Part shown: positions 59,960 through 64,000 of the stretch, one piece after another | Position numbering within the stretch: the first letter of the stretch is position 1 | Layout of the letters: every line of letters begins with the position of its first letter | From: an uncultured Pseudomonadota bacterium | GTDB taxonomy: Bacteria > Myxococcota_A > Polyangia > Fen-1088 | Assembly (NCBI GenBank): GCA_963847705.1 | Contig: CAWKBC010000032.1 | Span: 192,001 to 256,000, forward strand | Reading direction: 5' to 3' | DNA: 64,000 bases | Made by a program: the position numbers and the translations under genes | Notes under the pieces: model-generated | Databases searched by the model: none | The model's input: only the letters and a program-made list of their open reading frames with translations | What the model was told of the DNA's origin: nothing

Positions 59960-60790
59960 ATGCGGCCTTTCCGGCTACCGATCCTGATCGCTGTCTCGGT
60001 CGCGCTGCGGGTCACGCTCTCGATCGACCCGTGCGACGCGAGCGCCGCCGCGGTCGACGTTCGGGTGCGCGATCCGGGCCGCCCGGCCGACCTGGCACGG
60101 CGGGTCGGCCTGGGCGACGTCCCGCTCGAGGCGCGGCCGCGGGCGCTCGCCCTGGCCGTGGCGGAGCTGGCGCACTCTGCGACCGCCTCGCCACCGGCGG
60201 CGCCGGCCGTGACCGCGCCCGCACCTCCACCCGCCTCGAGCGCCGGCACGGGCGATTCCGGCGGGGTGCCCCGACCGCGCGTCCCCTGGATCTTCATCTC
60301 CGGGATCGTCGAGCTCGAGACCCACCCGGGAAACAACATGACCTTGTGGGGCGTGCGCCCGTCCGTGGCGGTGGCACGCGGCCACTGGCAGGGGGCGCTG
60401 GACGTCGACCTCATGGCCGGCAATCCATCGATCCCGCTCGGCGACGTCGGCACCCGGATGCTGGCCGCAACGTTGGCGGTGGGTCCGCGCCTGACGCTCG
60501 GGCACCTGGTGGTCGACCTGGCAGCCTGCGGCCGTTTCGGCTGGGCCTGGATGGCCGGGAACACGAGCGACGCGAACGCCGTCGCCAGCTCGGGCTCGGC
60601 GCCGGTCGCCAGCGCGGGCGGCCGGCTCGGGATCTTCCTTCCGACCGCCGCGAAGGTGAGCCACGTGCGCGCGCTGGTGGAAGCCGGCGCGATGATTCAT
60701 GGGCTCGACGCCACCGTCAACGGAGCCACCGCGGCGGGCCTGACGGGCGGTTACGTTCTGTTGGGCGTCGGCTTCGGTGAGAACAGATAG
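59960..60790 (+). CDS. Hypothetical exported protein with beta-strand-rich C-terminus
   Basis: Hydrophobic N-terminus; 'RPRALALAVAEL' helix, Pro linker, amphipathic strands. Confidence 0.6.
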   Translation: MRPFRLPILIAVSVALRVTLSIDPCDASAAAVDVRVRDPGRPADLARRVGLGDVPLEARPRALALAVAELAHSATASPPAAPAVTAPAPPPASSAGTGDSGGVPRPRVPWIFISGIVELETHPGNNMTLWGVRPSVAVARGHWQGALDVDLMAGNPSIPLGDVGTRMLAATLAVGPRLTLGHLVVDLAACGRFGWAWMAGNTSDANAVASSGSAPVASAGGRLGIFLPTAAKVSHVRALVEAGAMIHGLDATVNGATAAGLTGGYVLLGVGFGENR

Positions 60791-60900
60791 CTCCGCTCGC
60801 CCGCGGCGGCGCCATCGCCGGCAATTGGGCCACATAGGGGAGATCCCCAAAGTCGCGGCGGCGAATTGACCGCCGTTCCCAACGACGTACCTTGGGCGCC

Positions 60901-61230
60901 ATGCACGAGCTGGCCCTGATGGGGCGGGTGGTGGCGGCGGTGGAGTCGCGGGTTGGGCCCGCGCGCGTCGCCCGCCTCCGCATCCAGATCGGAAGGCTCG
61001 CCGGGGTTCTGCCCGAGACGGTCCAGTTCTGCTTTGCCATCTGCGCGCGCGGCACGGCGCTGGATGGCGCGCAGCTGGAGATCGACGAGGTTCGCGGCCG
61101 CGGGCACTGCCGCCGTTGCGGCGCCGACGTCGCCATGGAGACGTTCGTCGATCCCTGCGCCTGCGGCAGCCGGGAGATCGACGTGGTGGGTGGCAAGGAA
61201 CTGCAAATCGAAACCGTGGAGGTCCAATGA
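60901..61230 (+). CDS. hypA: Hydrogenase maturation nickel metallochaperone
   Basis: N-terminal 'MHE', 'G.L.GV.P....F.F', CRRC...CACGS, 'G.EL.I..VEV'. Confidence 0.9.
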   Translation: MHELALMGRVVAAVESRVGPARVARLRIQIGRLAGVLPETVQFCFAICARGTALDGAQLEIDEVRGRGHCRRCGADVAMETFVDPCACGSREIDVVGGKELQIETVEVQ

Positions 61231-61778
61231 GCGCGCGGATCTTGATTGCGGGCATCGGCAACGTCTTTCACGGCGACGGCGGATTCGGGGTGGAGGTCGC
61301 CCGACGGTTGGAAACCTATCCCCTGCCGGACGGCGTCACCGTCACCGACGTGGGGATCCGTTCGCTGCACCTCGCCTACGCCATGCTCGAACGCCCCGAC
61401 CTGTTGCTGGTGATCGATGCGGTCCGGCGTGGCGGCGCGCCCGGCACGATCTACCTGATGGACGTCTCCGAGCTGGCCAGCGCCCCACCGCGCGATCTGC
61501 CCGAGACGCGCGGGATGAGCATCACCACGGTGGTGACCGCGGCCTGGACGTTGGGCGGCAAGTCTCCCCCCATCGTGCTCGTCGGCTGCGAACCCCAGTT
61601 CGTGGGCGAGCGGTTGGGATTGAGCCCCGTCGTCAAGAGCGCGGTCCCCAAGGCCGAGGATCTGATCCGCGGAACCATCGCCCGCTGGCTGGGGAGCGGG
61701 GTCGGTCAGCCGAGCGTGATCGGGGGGATCGCGAAGTCGTCCCAGGACGGCGTGTGGTTGCCGTCGCTCGACGGCTGA
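61227..61778 (+). CDS. Hydrogenase maturation protease-like protein, metal ligands apparently degenerate
   Basis: 'LIAGIGN...GDGGFG', 'D.G', 'IDAV...G.PGT.Y', 'VGCEP', 'GLSP.V..AV'; ATGA overlap with hypA. Confidence 0.8.
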   Translation: MSARILIAGIGNVFHGDGGFGVEVARRLETYPLPDGVTVTDVGIRSLHLAYAMLERPDLLLVIDAVRRGGAPGTIYLMDVSELASAPPRDLPETRGMSITTVVTAAWTLGGKSPPIVLVGCEPQFVGERLGLSPVVKSAVPKAEDLIRGTIARWLGSGVGQPSVIGGIAKSSQDGVWLPSLDG

Positions 61779-63418
61779 TTCCACAGATAGAGCGCCGGGG
61801 TGGTGGTGATCTGGCCGACCTCGTCGACCACCACGCCGGTGATGTAGAGCTGCGCGTTGCCCGAGCCGGTCCGCTTCGACGAAAAGGTCAGCCAGTAGTA
61901 GGTCTTGCCGTTGGCGGTGACCGCCTGCGGTGACCACTTGGGCCAGTCGTTGGTGAGGCCGGGGCTCACCGTCGTCGTCTGACAGGCGGCCGCATCGTTG
62001 GCCGCCAGGCGGATCGCCGTGCCCCCCACGCCGCCGTTGAACGGCAGCAGGTAGACCTCGGCGTCGGGATTGCTGTACGCCGACTCGGAGCCAGGCACCC
62101 GCGTGAAGGCGACGAAGGTGTCGTCGGGCGAAAAGGCCGGGTAGTACTCGGTGAAGTTGGGGTCGGACGCGCCGGGCAGCGGGGTGGCGGTCCCGCCGGC
62201 GCGGTTCTGGTACGGAACGGTGTAGAGGTCGGCCGGGCCGGTGTCGAGGCGGCCGTCGACGATCGCCGTGGCCGAGGCGTAGACCACATTCTTTCCATCG
62301 TGGCTGAAGGCGGGCTCGGTCGCCTTCTGGGCGTCGCCGGTGCGCGCCAGCGTCCCGCTGGTGGTTCCGTCGACCTCCACCCAGTGCAACGTCCCGGTGT
62401 CGCTGAGCAGCGCGATCCGATCGCCGTCGCTCCAGTGCGACGTCGAATAGGCGGGGATGCCGTGCAGCGTCTGCATCGTCGCCAGCGCGGCCGGCGTGGC
62501 GTACGACGGCGTCACGCCCACGGCGCCGGCGGTCACGTTGGAGAGCTGGTTGAAGTAGTTGTTCGGCCCCATGTTGAACCCGACCGAGTTTCCGTCGGGC
62601 GTCGCCGCGTGGCAGCCGATGCAGGTGTCGTTCGAGGCGCGCGTCTGCACCTGGCTGGGGACCAGCACGTCTTCCACCGATTCTTCTCCGATGCCGAACC
62701 CCTTGAGCGAGCCGACCTTGGTCCCCATGTCGTCCGCCAGCGCCCAGTAGACGATCTTCCCGGGGGCCTCCACCGGCGCGATCGTGAAGGTGGAGGTCGC
62801 GGGCGCCGAAGGGGCCAGCTGGACCGCGCCGGCGGCGTCGAGGGTCAACGCGCGCATCGTCACGGTGATCGGCTTGTCGATGACCGACCCGCGCAGCCCG
62901 TCCCAGGTCGCGGCGTCGAGCGCGTAGGTCGGGTTGGCGGTGAAGATCCGGAGCGTGTGGGCGAACCCGACCACCGAGAGATCGATCTCGAACAGGTTCT
63001 CGCCGGCGGCGGCGCTGAGCTCGAAGCGCGGCCGCAGCCAGTTGCGCGGCATCAACGTCCCGGCGATGGGCGCAGTGACGCAAGGGGCGCCGTCGCTGCG
63101 CGGCGTGCTGCCGTCGAACAGCGCGGCGGCGTTGGGCGGCGCCGACGGATCGACCACTGGCGTCGCGGGGAAATCGGAGAATGTTGCCCCAGGGCCAGCG
63201 GCATCGGGGCTCGAGCCTCCGGTGGCGCCGCCGGAGGCACCTCGGCCGGCGCCGCCCAGCCCGCTCGAGGTTCCAGCATCGCTTCCCCCCGTGCCGGGTC
63301 CTTGCGCGACCGAACGAGACCCGGCGGAGAAGCCACACCCGGCGGCGGCAACCAGGCAGAGAGCGACGATCGGCGAGGCGACCGGAAACCGGGAGACTCT
63401 TCGCACGTGGGAGGGCAT
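61706..63418 (-). CDS. TolB/PD40-like beta-propeller lipoprotein
   Basis: Lipobox AAGC; 'CIGCH', 'EPAFSHDG', 'YYPAFSPDD', 'WPKWSP', 'NHTPSWD'. Confidence 0.82.
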   Translation of the reverse strand: MPSHVRRVSRFPVASPIVALCLVAAAGCGFSAGSRSVAQGPGTGGSDAGTSSGLGGAGRGASGGATGGSSPDAAGPGATFSDFPATPVVDPSAPPNAAALFDGSTPRSDGAPCVTAPIAGTLMPRNWLRPRFELSAAAGENLFEIDLSVVGFAHTLRIFTANPTYALDAATWDGLRGSVIDKPITVTMRALTLDAAGAVQLAPSAPATSTFTIAPVEAPGKIVYWALADDMGTKVGSLKGFGIGEESVEDVLVPSQVQTRASNDTCIGCHAATPDGNSVGFNMGPNNYFNQLSNVTAGAVGVTPSYATPAALATMQTLHGIPAYSTSHWSDGDRIALLSDTGTLHWVEVDGTTSGTLARTGDAQKATEPAFSHDGKNVVYASATAIVDGRLDTGPADLYTVPYQNRAGGTATPLPGASDPNFTEYYPAFSPDDTFVAFTRVPGSESAYSNPDAEVYLLPFNGGVGGTAIRLAANDAAACQTTTVSPGLTNDWPKWSPQAVTANGKTYYWLTFSSKRTGSGNAQLYITGVVVDEVGQITTTPALYLWNQPSSDGNHTPSWDDFAIPPITLG

Positions 63419-63600
63419 GTCGGATCTACGGGCCGAGCCGGCAGACAGACGTATGCTTGCTCACGGCTGGCCGCCGCGTTACCCATCTGGGCCTGGCACT
63501 GCTACCAGACGGTGCCAGGATTGGGGCAACGACGCATGGTTGCCGTGGTCCAGCTCAGGCATGAACCCTGCATTCTCTTGCTGCTGCAAAGGAGAGAGAG

Positions 63601-63891
63601 ATGACCCAGCGATTGCCCACCGCAGTGGCCCGCAAGGATTTCGCGAACGTGCTCCGTGATTCGGCGGCAGGCGAACGGATCAAGCTGACCCGCTACAACA
63701 AGACCGTCGCCGTGATCATCCCTAAGCAGGATCTCACCGACCTCGAGGACTGCCAGAAGCTCCACGGGGGCCGAGCGCCCTCGCAAGAGGCGCAGACCGA
63801 CAAGCCGGCACGAGCCCAGGCCGCGAAGCCGAAGGGGCACAAGAAGAGCGAAAAGCAGCGCCCGGACAGCGGCGGGCGCACCGAGCCTTAG
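63601..63891 (+). CDS. Phd/YefM-like antitoxin-domain protein
   Basis: 'ARKDFANVL......ERI.LTRYNKTVAVIIP..DL'; SD AAGGAG. Confidence 0.7.
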   Translation: MTQRLPTAVARKDFANVLRDSAAGERIKLTRYNKTVAVIIPKQDLTDLEDCQKLHGGRAPSQEAQTDKPARAQAAKPKGHKKSEKQRPDSGGRTEP

Positions 63892-63998
63892 GGAGGCGAT
63901 TCGTCGCCGCTCGACCCGGTCTGATCGTCTCGTTCCAGCGCGCGCAGCTCCCGGCGCGTGAGACGATCGAGGTGAACCAGGGCGGCGACGGGACGCCC
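63888..63998 (-). CDS. 3' end of a gene cut by the window edge, possibly a second Phd/YefM-like protein
   Basis: Reads GRPVAALVHLDRLTRRELRALE...PP*; 'GRPVAALV' matches the Phd beta-hairpin motif. Confidence 0.4.
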   Translation of the reverse strand, partial: GRPVAALVHLDRLTRRELRALERDDQTGSSGDESPP

Positions 63999-64000
63999 GT

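Noticed and set aside
63556-63573. Sigma54-like GG-N10-GC (AGGCATGAACCCTGCA) upstream of the Phd-like gene
   Set aside because: It deviates from TGGCAC-N5-TTGC, and such matches are frequent at this GC content.

Overview
High-GC bacterial DNA whose gene content points to Myxococcota (Polyangia-like). The evidence is many lipoproteins with Gly/Thr/Ser-rich linkers, two MYXO-CTERM-like tails and DUF1592/DUF1552 and DUF1501 modules. About 55 genes are supportable. (i) 1.6-15 kb: a loose DNA-repair neighbourhood with a 5'-3' flap exonuclease, a WYL regulator, PolX-PHP, a Prim-Pol and a LigC-type ligase; no Ku is present. (ii) 21.35-23.7 kb: a lower-GC island that reads as an integron cassette array without an integrase (CALIN). 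It has one textbook attC, two progressively decayed attC sites, matching cassette boundaries and an attI-like upstream region. (iii) An ECF42-type sigma factor coupled to a small Zn-finger gene, glgP, a DUF2126 transglutaminase and a ppgK-like ROK kinase. (iv) Secreted or surface proteins: GH30, PL9-like, CCxG/DUF11 and beta-propellers. (v) Two tandem CxxCH-protein + Tat-protein modules. (vi) An orphan hypA with a degenerate hydrogenase protease, and two convergent Phd-like antitoxin genes. Across the window, about a dozen genes begin 5-7 nt after a TANNNT hexamer with no Shine-Dalgarno, suggesting widespread leaderless mRNAs. I found no rRNA, tRNA, CRISPR array, transposase or integrase. All family calls come from motif recognition by eye; no database search was run.
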